A DNA stretch of 64,000 nucleotides from positions 544,001 to 608,000 of the forward strand of contig JBBRLQ010000002.1 in assembly GCA_038231275.1 (NCBI GenBank), written 5' to 3'. The notes beneath the pieces are model-generated. The model was not told the origin of the DNA. It saw nothing but the letters and a program-made list of their open reading frames with translations, and searched no databases. Position 1 is the first letter of the stretch. Every line of letters begins with the position of its first letter. Below are positions 20,503 to 30,030 of this stretch, in pieces. The DNA is from Polyangiales bacterium. GTDB taxonomy: Bacteria; Myxococcota_A; Polyangia; Polyangiales; Polyangiaceae. A program made the translations under genes and the position numbers.

Positions 20503-21243
20503 TCAACGTTTCGGCGCGAACTCGGAGAGCGGCGAGAAGCCGCTGAGCGGTCCGGTGTGGCCGAACGCGAGCGCCTCGATCTCCTTCGCGCGCGGCGCCA
20601 GACGAGCGGCGAGGGCGTCGAGCGACGCCACGTTCTGCTCCGAATTCTTCGAGAACAAGCTCACCGCCTTCATGACGACGCCCTCCTTCGATGCGCCCGC
20701 GCTGTCCCCGAAGAAGAGGACACCACGTGACAGGAACACAGCGGATCCCGGCGTGTGCCCCGGCGTCGCGAACGCCTCGACCCGCAGCTCGCCAACCTCC
20801 ACGATCTCCCCGTCGTGCAGCGGATGGGTGACCGTCGCGGCGTCACCGATCAACGGCAGCTCGGCCTCCAGCGCGTAGACCTTCGCCTCCGGAAACGCCT
20901 TGCACCCGGCGACGTGATCCCCGTGGCCGTGGGTGAGGAAGATCGCGAGGACTGCCGACTTTGGCAGGCCGCGCCGTGCGAGGGCGAGCAGGATCGGGCC
21001 CGCCGACGCGCCCTTCCCTGCGTCGACGAGCACGACCTTTCCCGGCCCCGCGTCGAGCAAATACGAGCTCACGAAGGAGTCCTTCACGGACTCCACGCCG
21101 GGCGCCACGGTGCGTCCGTCCACGATCGCGCTGTTGTTTCCGAACGCGCGGTACCAGACGAACGCCACCGTCGCGACGAGGACCAGGACGAGCGCGGCGA
21201 GGACCTTGAGGACACGCTTCACGCGTGGCGAGGGCTTGCGCAT
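20503..21243 (-). CDS. Membrane-anchored metallo-beta-lactamase-fold hydrolase
   Basis: THGHGDH, PGHTPGS, FGD, FGH; N-terminal TM. Confidence 0.9.
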   Translation of the reverse strand: MRKPSPRVKRVLKVLAALVLVLVATVAFVWYRAFGNNSAIVDGRTVAPGVESVKDSFVSSYLLDAGPGKVVLVDAGKGASAGPILLALARRGLPKSAVLAIFLTHGHGDHVAGCKAFPEAKVYALEAELPLIGDAATVTHPLHDGEIVEVGELRVEAFATPGHTPGSAVFLSRGVLFFGDSAGASKEGVVMKAVSLFSKNSEQNVASLDALAARLAPRAKEIEALAFGHTGPLSGFSPLSEFAPKR

Positions 21244-21280
21244 GGCCGTGGTTATAGCTCGTGGTACGGTCGAGAGTGCG

Positions 21281-22546
21281 ATGTGGGAACCGGTAGGCTA
21301 CGCGCTCGTCGTCGTCGAGGGACCGGACACCGGCAAGGCGTTCACGCTCGACGGGAGCCAACCGAGCCGCACCTTCATCGGGCAAGCGGAGACATGTCAC
21401 TTCCAGCTGACCGATCCCGGCGTCTCCCGACGCCACGCCGCGCTGGATCTCGTCGGACCCAAGCTGCGCGTGACCGATCTCGGCTCCGCCGGCGCGACGA
21501 CGGCGAACGGCATCGCGGTCGTCGACGCGTTCTTGACCGGCGGCGAAATCATCGGGATGGGCGCGACCCGCCTCCGCGTCGATCGCGTGAGGGGACGCGC
21601 GCTCTCGGCGCCCGAAGGCTGGTGCTTCGGGCGCATCGTCGGCTCGAGCCCCAAGATGCAGAAAATCTGCGCGTGGGCGGCGCGCGTCGCCGACGCCGAC
21701 TGGCCGGTCATCCTCGAAGGCGAGACCGGCACGGGCAAGGAGCTCGTCGCCGAAGCGCTCCACGAAGGAAGCGCGCGAGCGAGCGGACCGTTCATCGTCT
21801 TCGACTGCACCGCCACCGCGCCGAACCAGGTCGAGGTCACGCTCTTCGGCGAGGAGGGCGGTCGCAAGGGCGTCTTCGAACAAGCGAACGGCGGCACGCT
21901 GTTCATCGATGAGATCGGCGATCTGGACGTCGCGCTGCAGCCCAAGCTGCTCCGCGCCATCGAGCGCTCCGAGCTCCAGCGCCTCGGCGGCGATCGGTGG
22001 ATCCGCGTCGACGTGCGCGTGATCGCCGCGACGCGCCGCGATCTCGATCGCGAGGTCCAGGCAGGCCGCTTCCGGGACGATCTCTTCCATCGCCTCGCGG
22101 TGTCGCGCGTCGAGCTGCCGCCCCTCCGCGAGCGCGAGGGAGACGTCCCGGTGCTCGCCCGTCACTTCTGGCGCGTGCTCACCGGCAAAGACGATCTGCC
22201 GAACGACTTTCTCTCGCGCGCGCTCGGCTACGACTGGCCCGGCAACGTGCGCGAGCTGCACCACGCTGTCGTACGCCGCATCGCGCTCGGCGAGCTCGCG
22301 GAGGCACCGAAGGCGCAACCGACCGTGGAGCCGGAGGCGGCCGGAGCGCCGCGGCAGACGATCGACATCACCGACGCCCTCGGCCTCGCGCTGTCGACCG
22401 CGCGGCAGCAGGTCGTCGAGGCGTTCGAGCGACGTTACGTGGAGCAAGTCCTCCAGAAGCACGGCGGGAACGTCGCGCGCGCGGCCCAGGCCTCGGGCAT
22501 CGCGCGCCGGTATTTCCAGGTGATCCGCGCGCGCGTCACCAAGTAG
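21281..22546 (+). CDS. FHA-AAA+-Fis HTH enhancer-binding-protein-like regulator lacking GAFTGA (alternative start 21242)
   Basis: VSRRH FHA; GETGTGKE, LFIDEIG, FRDDLFHRL, WPGNVREL; GNVARAA HTH. Confidence 0.88.
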   Translation: MWEPVGYALVVVEGPDTGKAFTLDGSQPSRTFIGQAETCHFQLTDPGVSRRHAALDLVGPKLRVTDLGSAGATTANGIAVVDAFLTGGEIIGMGATRLRVDRVRGRALSAPEGWCFGRIVGSSPKMQKICAWAARVADADWPVILEGETGTGKELVAEALHEGSARASGPFIVFDCTATAPNQVEVTLFGEEGGRKGVFEQANGGTLFIDEIGDLDVALQPKLLRAIERSELQRLGGDRWIRVDVRVIAATRRDLDREVQAGRFRDDLFHRLAVSRVELPPLREREGDVPVLARHFWRVLTGKDDLPNDFLSRALGYDWPGNVRELHHAVVRRIALGELAEAPKAQPTVEPEAAGAPRQTIDITDALGLALSTARQQVVEAFERRYVEQVLQKHGGNVARAAQASGIARRYFQVIRARVTK

Positions 22547-22559
22547 GCGCGGCGATCGG

Positions 22560-23990
22560 CTACTTCACGAGGCCGGCGATCGATGGCCCCTTGTAGTACT
22601 GCGCCACCTTCGCCGTGTTCCCCTTCGCGACCGCGTAGAGCGCGGCGGCGGCCGACGCCTCGGTCGTCGACTTGGGCGAGTCCTTCTTGAACGGCACCGC
22701 CGCGCCGCTCGTCGGATCGAAGCTCGACACCTCGCCCGACGGACGGATCCCGCCGAACCACCCCGTCTTCAGCCGGCCGTTGCCGTAGACGTAGAGCCAG
22801 TTCGAGTCGGCGGGGGTCTGGTCCTTCCAGTCCTGACCGCCCGTCGTGTCCATCGGATCCTTGGGAATGTCGCCGTGGACGGTGAACACGATCGACTCGC
22901 CGAGGCTCTTCCCAGAGCACGCGGGATCCGGCGTCTTTCGCGCGTGGGCGAGGAAGCCGTCGACGATCTTGCCGAGGCTCGCCGCCTTGCTCCGCGTCGC
23001 GCCGAGGCGCCCGAACGCGCCATGCGGATCGCTGCCGTTCATCGCGGGGAGGATGAACGTCGACGACAGGCCGAGCCCGAACGCGTTCACTGCGACCATG
23101 AGCTGGCGCGCGAGGCCGACGAGCCGAGCGTGATCCGGATCGGCGTCCATTCCGTTGGCGAGGAGATCGGGCAGACCGTAAAGCGCTTCCTGATCGGTCG
23201 TGGGCGCGAGCTTCGCCGCGAAGTTCTGGCCGACGAGGTGCGCGGCGACCTTCTCGGTCTGGTACGCGGCGGCTACCTTGGGTCTCCCGGCCGACGCGTT
23301 GAGCGCGAGGAACGCCTTCTGGTACGCCTCGTAGAGCGCCGCGTCGGCGGGGCGCTTCAAGAGCGTGCGCGACGCCGCGCTGTCGAAGAGGCCGAGCAGC
23401 CCGTCGGCGCTCGTCGTCACCACGCTCGGCGTTCCTTCCGCGACGCCGACCGCCGCGGCCACCGGCTCGACGCCGATGACGGGGAGGAGCGTCGGGTTGT
23501 CGGCGAACTGCATGGCCGCGATGGCCGCGATCATGCCGGTCCCTGCGCCGACGGTGGCGGCGTTTCGTGGCGCGGCGACGTGCACGTTCTCGATCGCGGC
23601 GCCGAGGAACGCAGACATCTGAGGCCCGCCGCCCTGGAACGGCGAGGCGTCCGGATCGTAGACGAGCGGACGATCGGTGCCCTGCGCGAGCGCCGCCCGA
23701 CCGGGGCTCAGGAACGCGAAGCCGTTGCTGTCTGTCGCCGCCATCGCCACCTCGGGGTGAGGCCAGAGGAGGTGAAACCACGGGATCCCGCCGCTGCCCG
23801 CGACGAGGTGCACGGATTTGCTCGTTCCCGCGCACGCCGCGACGTCCGCCATCGCGGATCCGGCGCTGTCGTTCAGCGCGTCGAGGAATCGCGCGCGATC
23901 GAGGCCGAGGACCGCGCCGACGGCGGCGCCCCACTTCAAGAAATCACGACGCCCGTGGCCACGAAGGTTCTTCAGTCGATCGTCGGTCAT
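22560..23990 (-). CDS. Tat-exported protein, DUF1501/DUF1552-like
   Basis: GRRDFLK twin-arginine signal; DPHG motif; last gene of operon with a DUF1585-like gene. Confidence 0.6.
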   Translation of the reverse strand: MTDDRLKNLRGHGRRDFLKWGAAVGAVLGLDRARFLDALNDSAGSAMADVAACAGTSKSVHLVAGSGGIPWFHLLWPHPEVAMAATDSNGFAFLSPGRAALAQGTDRPLVYDPDASPFQGGGPQMSAFLGAAIENVHVAAPRNAATVGAGTGMIAAIAAMQFADNPTLLPVIGVEPVAAAVGVAEGTPSVVTTSADGLLGLFDSAASRTLLKRPADAALYEAYQKAFLALNASAGRPKVAAAYQTEKVAAHLVGQNFAAKLAPTTDQEALYGLPDLLANGMDADPDHARLVGLARQLMVAVNAFGLGLSSTFILPAMNGSDPHGAFGRLGATRSKAASLGKIVDGFLAHARKTPDPACSGKSLGESIVFTVHGDIPKDPMDTTGGQDWKDQTPADSNWLYVYGNGRLKTGWFGGIRPSGEVSSFDPTSGAAVPFKKDSPKSTTEASAAAALYAVAKGNTAKVAQYYKGPSIAGLVK

Positions 23991-24008
23991 AACAGGTCTC
24001 CTTGTCCT

Positions 24009-24674
24009 TCACTCACAGCCATGCGCTGCCGAGAGCAGCGTCGCGACCACGATGCGCTCTGCCCGGTCGCGCGCGTCGGCCGGCGCCTCGGCCGGATCGG
24101 CCGCGGCGATCACGTCCGCGACGAGCTCGTGGGCGATCGCGAGGTGCTGCGCGCGCGCCGGCTTACCCATCAGGCACGAGGCGCCGTCCAGGGTGAGCTC
24201 GTGCGCGGCGTCGAAGAGCGCGGTGCCGGGGCACGCCGGCGCGGTCCACGCGCCGAGCTTCGACGCGCGCTGAATCTCGATCGACGCGAGGACGAAGACG
24301 TCGTCGCGCTTCTCCGCGCCGGCGGTCGAGCCCGTCAGAGGCTCGCGCGTTCGCTCGCCGTAGCGCGCGAGGCCGAGCGCATCTGCGCCCGTCACGTAGA
24401 GCTGCGCGGCGGATCCCGGGACGCCGGCGTCCATCGCGACGCCCACCGAACGCAAAATCGCGCCCAGCGCGGCGGTGCGAATCTTCGTGCAGCCGTGCTG
24501 CGGGCCCAGCGCGGTGACCGTCGGCGCGCTCGCGTCAGCGTCTTGTGCGAACGCGGGCGGCGAAGGCGCGGGCGCCGCGTCGGGCGCGTCGGTCGTCGGC
24601 GGCCGTGTAGGCGCGCTGGTGCAGCCTGCGAGCGCGGCGAGCGTGAGCGTGAAAGGGATGATGAGGCGGTCCAT
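24009..24674 (-). CDS. Hypothetical lipoprotein
   Basis: LAGC lipobox; GAGGAG RBS. Confidence 0.75.
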   Translation of the reverse strand: MDRLIIPFTLTLAALAGCTSAPTRPPTTDAPDAAPAPSPPAFAQDADASAPTVTALGPQHGCTKIRTAALGAILRSVGVAMDAGVPGSAAQLYVTGADALGLARYGERTREPLTGSTAGAEKRDDVFVLASIEIQRASKLGAWTAPACPGTALFDAAHELTLDGASCLMGKPARAQHLAIAHELVADVIAAADPAEAPADARDRAERIVVATLLSAAHGCE

Positions 24675-24690
24675 CGGTCTCTCCTCGGGT

Positions 24691-25872
24691 CTAGAAGCGC
24701 ACGAAGTCGTCGGACACGAAGACGCTGCGGAGGACGCGCGCGAGGTCGTAGCCGCCGCGCGTGAAGTCGTCGGTCAGAGTGGCCACCACGTCGTCCGAGA
24801 GCGTCGCCTGATCGTCGACGATGTCCCCGCGCGACCACGCGAAATCGTAGACGCGCTTGACGGCGCAGCGCTGGACGTCGGGATCGTTCGCGATCGCCGC
24901 GCCGAGCGCGCGCAAGTCGTCGACGTTGGTTCCGCTGCGCCAGGCGAGCGGCTGGCCGGTGGGGATCCAGTCTTCGCGCGTAGCCTGTGCGGCGCCGGGC
25001 TTGGGGACGACGAAGCTGGCGGCGGGGAGCCCGTCCTTGCCGTAGATGCCAAAGAGCGGCGCGACGTGATTGAGCGTCGAATGGCAATTGGCGCACACGC
25101 GCCCGCTCGTCGATTGAAAGTCGATCGAGGGCGTCGCGCGGGTGCGATGGCCCGAGATGCTGTCGAACGGCCACGGGCTCGTGTAGACGCCGGTGTCGAT
25201 GACGGTCGGCTGCGCAGCGAACTCCGCGGGAAATGCCGAGCACGCGAACGTCTCCTGGACGAACCGGACGCGCCGGAACGCGAGGTTGCCGTAGTACTGC
25301 GCCAGAAGCCCAGGGTCGGTGAGGATCCCGACGGCCTGCGCGCCACCGGGGCAATCGGCGGGGACGAAGCTCCCGTTGACGAACGTGGTGCACGTGCCGC
25401 TCGTCGCCGTGAAGAGATCCGTGAACGGACGACGTCCGACGACGACAGACGCCGCGAACGTCGCCGCCGCGTCGAAGTCGGGTCCGTTCGGATCGGCGGC
25501 GCCGCTGCTCCCCGTCTTGAACGTGCTCTGCCACCACGCGATTTGCGTCGCCGCGAAGCGCGGATCCGCGAGGAGCGCGTCGATGCGACCTTCGTAGAAC
25601 GCCTTCTTGTCCGCCGCGTCGCGGAGCGCGCGCACGTCGGCGAGCGTGGGGATGTCGCCGACCAACTTGAGGCTCGCGGTGCGCAGCGCCTCGCCGTAAT
25701 CGACGACGCGCGGATCGACGACGACAGGGACGACCGGCGCCGGCCCCGCGCCAGGGGCCGTCACGGCAGGGGCGCGCTGCGCGAAGTCGTCGGGTAGCGC
25801 GGCGTCATCTTGGCAAGCAGCCGTCCCCGCGAGGACGAGCATCATCGGCGTCGAAACCATGGACCTTCGCAT
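24691..25872 (-). CDS. Lipoprotein with single CxxCH and DUF1588/DUF1585-like C-terminus
   Basis: TAAC lipobox; CANCH; C-terminal CAVKRVYDFA...GYDLARVLRSVFVSDDF. Confidence 0.7.
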   Translation of the reverse strand: MRRSMVSTPMMLVLAGTAACQDDAALPDDFAQRAPAVTAPGAGPAPVVPVVVDPRVVDYGEALRTASLKLVGDIPTLADVRALRDAADKKAFYEGRIDALLADPRFAATQIAWWQSTFKTGSSGAADPNGPDFDAAATFAASVVVGRRPFTDLFTATSGTCTTFVNGSFVPADCPGGAQAVGILTDPGLLAQYYGNLAFRRVRFVQETFACSAFPAEFAAQPTVIDTGVYTSPWPFDSISGHRTRATPSIDFQSTSGRVCANCHSTLNHVAPLFGIYGKDGLPAASFVVPKPGAAQATREDWIPTGQPLAWRSGTNVDDLRALGAAIANDPDVQRCAVKRVYDFAWSRGDIVDDQATLSDDVVATLTDDFTRGGYDLARVLRSVFVSDDFVRF

Positions 25873-25918
25873 CCGCGACTCTCCTTTCGCGTCACCCGGC
25901 GCTCCCCTCGACCTCTGC

Positions 25919-26716
25919 TCAGGGCAGCGGCTCGAGGTCCTCGAACGTGATGACCAGCTCGTCCTCGCCTCCCTCGCTGTCGAGGAAGATCACACCGTCT
26001 CCAAGAATCCCCTTCGCTCCCGCCGCGATCGTCTGATCGAGCGTGGAGAACGCGTCGACGCGATCGTCGACCGTCCCCTGCCCGCGCACGACGGTGAACC
26101 GCGGATGCACGACACGCACGCCTGCGCTCGGCGGCGCGGCGACGGTGATCCCGCTCAGCTTCATGCGCGCGGGCGCGCCGAACCACGACGCGTCGAACGA
26201 GAGGCGCGTGCCGCTCGGCGCCTTGCCGACGCCCGCGAGCTCGCGCACGTTGGGGCCGCGCGCGATCCCGAATTTCCCCGTCGTGATCGGCGCCGAAGGT
26301 GCGAGCGCCTTCGCCTCCGCGTCGAGCCATGCCTCTACGCGCGCGCGCAGGCTCGCGGCAAAGTCCGGCCCCGAGTGGCGCCCCTTCGCGAGGAGCTTGC
26401 TCGCGCTCGGATCCGGCGTGACGAGGCCTTCGTAGCCTTTGATCGACGCGTAGCGATCGGGCGGCGCGAGCCAGAGGGGCGCGTTCGTCCCTTGGCCGTG
26501 GCATCCGCCGCACGCCGAGACGAGATCCGAAAGGAGAGCGTCGAAAAGCCCGCGCGCTTCCCCGACGGGAGGCGCGGCGCTGTCCGCGGAGGCGTCTTGC
26601 GCAGGAGGTGCCGACGCAGCCGACGCCGTGAAGGGCATCGTCCCCGCCGGCTCGGTCGCGTCGCACGCAACGAGCGCGAGGGATGCGATGACGTGGAGGA
26701 TCTTCGCGAAGCGCAC
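25919..26716 (-). CDS. Lipoprotein with monoheme cytochrome c-like domain
   Basis: GTG start; LVAC lipobox; CGGCH; PDPSASKLL...GRHSG. Confidence 0.7.
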   Translation of the reverse strand: MRFAKILHVIASLALVACDATEPAGTMPFTASAASAPPAQDASADSAAPPVGEARGLFDALLSDLVSACGGCHGQGTNAPLWLAPPDRYASIKGYEGLVTPDPSASKLLAKGRHSGPDFAASLRARVEAWLDAEAKALAPSAPITTGKFGIARGPNVRELAGVGKAPSGTRLSFDASWFGAPARMKLSGITVAAPPSAGVRVVHPRFTVVRGQGTVDDRVDAFSTLDQTIAAGAKGILGDGVIFLDSEGGEDELVITFEDLEPLP

Positions 26717-26984
26717 GGGAACCCATACTGCAACGCTCGTACCGCGCGATTCGCGCCTCGCGGGGTCGACGCGGTCGACGGCGATCGGACGCGTCGACCC
26801 GCGTTCTGCGCCGAATACCAGCGCGATCCCCTCGGCTTGCGGGGGGGTGCTCGATTCGATCGCACCTGGAGCGATCGATTCCAGCAGGCCTGGTTCACGA
26901 GGACCACAGAGGGCCTCGCGCGTGCGCACATCCGCGCCGATCGACGCATGGACACCGATCGCGCCCTCCTTTAGCGTGGGGCGC

Positions 26985-29900
26985 ATGTCCGTCTTCAGCC
27001 CCAGGATTCGCGAGTTCTTGGCTGCCCCCGACGACGCGCGCCGGCTCGGACCGTACCGCTGCAAAGAGCTGCTCGACAAAGCAGGGTCAGCGCCCGTCTA
27101 CCGCGCCGTCGAGGAGCACGCGGGGCTCAGCCTGCGCGAGGTCGCGGTGAAGATCTTCGACATCGGGCAGACCAAAGCCGGCGACGCGCCCGAGGGCTGG
27201 CAAGCGCGCGTGGTCGACGAGGCGCGCGCGCTCTGCCGCGTTCAGCACCCCAACGTGATTCGCTTCCACACGATCTCGACCGATCCGAAGCGCGGGCTCA
27301 TGGGCCTCGTCATGGAGTTTGCGGAGGGCGTGAGCGTCGACAAGCAGCTCGACGGCGTGCCGCGCGGCGACGCCAAACGCGTCGCGCTCGCGGTCGAGAT
27401 TGGGATCGACATCGCGGCGGCGCTCGCGGCGGCGCACGAGGCGGGGGTGGTCCACTGCAACGTGAAGCCGTCCAACATCATGTTCACCGCCGGCACCCAC
27501 AAGTTGATCAACTTCGGCATCGCGGCGTCGGTGCGCACGGACGGCGCGAAGGACGATGGCGCGAAGCGCGAAGCCCTCGCGCTCGACGATCTGCCCCCCG
27601 AATCGATCGGCCGCAAGGCGTCGACGCTCGACAAGGCGGGCGAAGGCACGAAGGCGCCGATCACGGGGACGATCGGCTACGTCGATCCGGTCTGCCTCAA
27701 GACCACCTCGCCGCCCAAAGCCGCGAGCGATCTCTACTCGCTCGGCGCGACGCTCTACCAATGCATCGCCGGGGACGTGCCTGCGCTCGCCACCGCGAAG
27801 AAGGCGGGCGGCACGGGCGTCGACAAGAAGGTCCTCGTCGGCGACGCCACCGCCACGCCCCTCGCGGACGTCGCCCCCTCGACGCCTGCCGCCCTCGCCA
27901 AGCTCGTCGACTCTCTCGTAGCCCCGACACGCGAGGGCCGACCTCGCTCGGCCGAGGTCGTCCTCGGTGAGCTCGAACGCATTCGCAGCGCCCTCGCCGG
28001 CCGCGAGCGCGCGCTTCCCCCCGAGGAGCGCGGCCCGTTCCCTGGCCTCGAGCGCTACGAGGAGTCCGATCGCGACGTCCTCTTCGGCAGGTCGGCGGAG
28101 ATCGCCGGCGTCATCGAGCTCGCACGAACACGCGGCCTCGTCGGCATCGTCGGCCTCTCGGGCAGCGGCAAGAGCAGCATCACGCGCGCGGGGCTCCTCC
28201 CCGCGATCGAAGAGGGCGCGCTCGGCGGTTGGCCGAAGAAGTACCGCAGCGTCCTCGTCACGCCCGGCAAGGATTTGATGGCGGCCCTCTCCTCTGCACT
28301 CGAGAAGGTGCTCGGCGCGCCCGTGGACACGCACCCCGAGGCGATCGCCGAGCAGCTGGCGGCCGACGTCGACGCCAAAGGCGAAGGGATCGTGATCCTC
28401 GTCGATCAGCTCGAGGAGATCGTCACGAAGTACGAGGCGAAGAACGAGAAAGGCCGCGCCGCCGCGCTCGATCTGCTCTCACGCCTCGCCGAAGCGCACG
28501 TCGGTCTTCGCGTCATCGTCGCGGTGCGGCGAGATCTGCTCGACGCGTCGCTCGCGATCGATCCGATCTTCTCGCGCGCCCTCTCGCGCGGCATCCAGCT
28601 CCTCGCGCCACTCTCCGGCAGCGGCTGGGAAGAGGTCGTGGACCGCTCGCTCGAGGCCTACGGGTACCGCTTCGAGGACGCCGATCTCCGGAAGCAAGTC
28701 CTCGCGGATCTAAAGGGCCGCGCGTCGGCGATGACGCTCGTGCAGTTCGGCCTGACGCGCCTCTGGGGCGCGCGCGACACGAAAAAGAAGACGATCCCGC
28801 GCGCGGCGTTCAGCGAGAAGGGCGGCATGCAGAACGCCCTCGAAGAGCACGCGGAAGCGGCGATCGCGGCCAAGGAGATCCCGCGCGACACGCTGCGCCA
28901 CGTGCTCCTCGCGATGACGACCCCCGAAGGGACGCGCGCGCACGTCGAGCTCGACGTACTCGTCGAGCGCTACGGCGCCGCGGCGAAAGAGGCGATCTTC
29001 GCGCTGACGAAGGCCCGCTTGGTCGTCGCCGAGAAGGACGGGTTCACGTTCGTGCACGACGCCGTGCTCCGCGAGTGGAGCCTGGTCCGCGGCTGGCTCC
29101 AGGACGCGCGCGACGATCGTCTGCTCGTCGCTCACGTCGAGCGCGACGCGGCGCGCTGGAAGGAGTCGCACGACGTGGCGGAGCTGTGGCGCCAAGGGCG
29201 TCTCGCCGCCGCGGTGGAGCTCTGGAAGCGCGACGGGTCTCCGCTGAGCGACGACGCGAAGGCGTTCCTCGCGGCGGGCGTGAAGGAAGAGCAGAGGGCC
29301 CAGCGGACGCGCTTCGGCGTCGTGCTCCTCGTCGTGTCGATGATCGTCGGAGGCGCGCTTGTCTACGCGAAACTGAGTCACGACAGCGCCGAGCAGGCGC
29401 GTAAGGACGCCGACGCCCTCGCGGCCGCCCTCACCGACGTGAAGAGCCTCAAGCAGCAAGCGGAGGAGAACGCCGGCGAGGCCGCGACGACCGCCGCGCT
29501 CCTGCAGGAGCTGAGGAAGAAGATGGCGGAGGACCAAGCGACGTACGGCGCGAATGTCGCCGCAGCGATGAAGAAGGTCGCGAGCGCGACGAGCCTCGAC
29601 AGCGCGCAGAAGGCGACCGCCGATCTGAAGGCGCCGACCTCCGCGCAGAACCAGATGATCCCGCTCCTCGCGGGCCTCGCGGGGGGACCGAGCATGCCGA
29701 GCCCCGGCGGTACCGGCCCTTCTCCGAGCGGGGGCGGCGGCGGCTTCGATCAGGCGGCGATCGAGCGCGTCGTCAACTCACGTAAAGCCGGCGTCAAGCG
29801 TACCTGCCTCGAGCGGAGCTCCAGCACCGCATCGACTACCAAGGTCACAGCGACGATCACCATCGCCCCGAACGGCTCTGTCCAGAACGTGAGCACCGCG

Positions 29901-30014
29901 GGCGACGAACCGGTCGTGGCGAAATGCATCGAGCAGCAACTCCACAACTGGTCCTTCCCGGCGCCGGGCGAAACGAAAACGGTGCAAATCCCGTTCGTGT
30001 TCGTGCGGCAATGA
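26985..30014 (+). CDS. Ser/Thr pseudokinase-STAND NTPase-TM-coiled coil-AgmX/PglI (TonB-C-like) protein
   Basis: VAVK, HPNV, HCNVKPSN, NFG, GTIGY; PFPGL, GLSGSGKSS, VDQLEE; TM FGVVLLVVSMIVGGALVY; C-terminal NWSFPAP...IPFVF. Confidence 0.85.
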   Translation: MSVFSPRIREFLAAPDDARRLGPYRCKELLDKAGSAPVYRAVEEHAGLSLREVAVKIFDIGQTKAGDAPEGWQARVVDEARALCRVQHPNVIRFHTISTDPKRGLMGLVMEFAEGVSVDKQLDGVPRGDAKRVALAVEIGIDIAAALAAAHEAGVVHCNVKPSNIMFTAGTHKLINFGIAASVRTDGAKDDGAKREALALDDLPPESIGRKASTLDKAGEGTKAPITGTIGYVDPVCLKTTSPPKAASDLYSLGATLYQCIAGDVPALATAKKAGGTGVDKKVLVGDATATPLADVAPSTPAALAKLVDSLVAPTREGRPRSAEVVLGELERIRSALAGRERALPPEERGPFPGLERYEESDRDVLFGRSAEIAGVIELARTRGLVGIVGLSGSGKSSITRAGLLPAIEEGALGGWPKKYRSVLVTPGKDLMAALSSALEKVLGAPVDTHPEAIAEQLAADVDAKGEGIVILVDQLEEIVTKYEAKNEKGRAAALDLLSRLAEAHVGLRVIVAVRRDLLDASLAIDPIFSRALSRGIQLLAPLSGSGWEEVVDRSLEAYGYRFEDADLRKQVLADLKGRASAMTLVQFGLTRLWGARDTKKKTIPRAAFSEKGGMQNALEEHAEAAIAAKEIPRDTLRHVLLAMTTPEGTRAHVELDVLVERYGAAAKEAIFALTKARLVVAEKDGFTFVHDAVLREWSLVRGWLQDARDDRLLVAHVERDAARWKESHDVAELWRQGRLAAAVELWKRDGSPLSDDAKAFLAAGVKEEQRAQRTRFGVVLLVVSMIVGGALVYAKLSHDSAEQARKDADALAAALTDVKSLKQQAEENAGEAATTAALLQELRKKMAEDQATYGANVAAAMKKVASATSLDSAQKATADLKAPTSAQNQMIPLLAGLAGGPSMPSPGGTGPSPSGGGGGFDQAAIERVVNSRKAGVKRTCLERSSSTASTTKVTATITIAPNGSVQNVSTAGDEPVVAKCIEQQLHNWSFPAPGETKTVQIPFVFVRQ

Positions 30015-30030
30015 ACGTACATTCGGCACG

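Noticed and set aside
20503-21243. Metallo-beta-lactamase as an antibiotic-resistance gene
   Set aside because: Only the generic MBL-fold motif is visible; no evidence for class B beta-lactamase specificity
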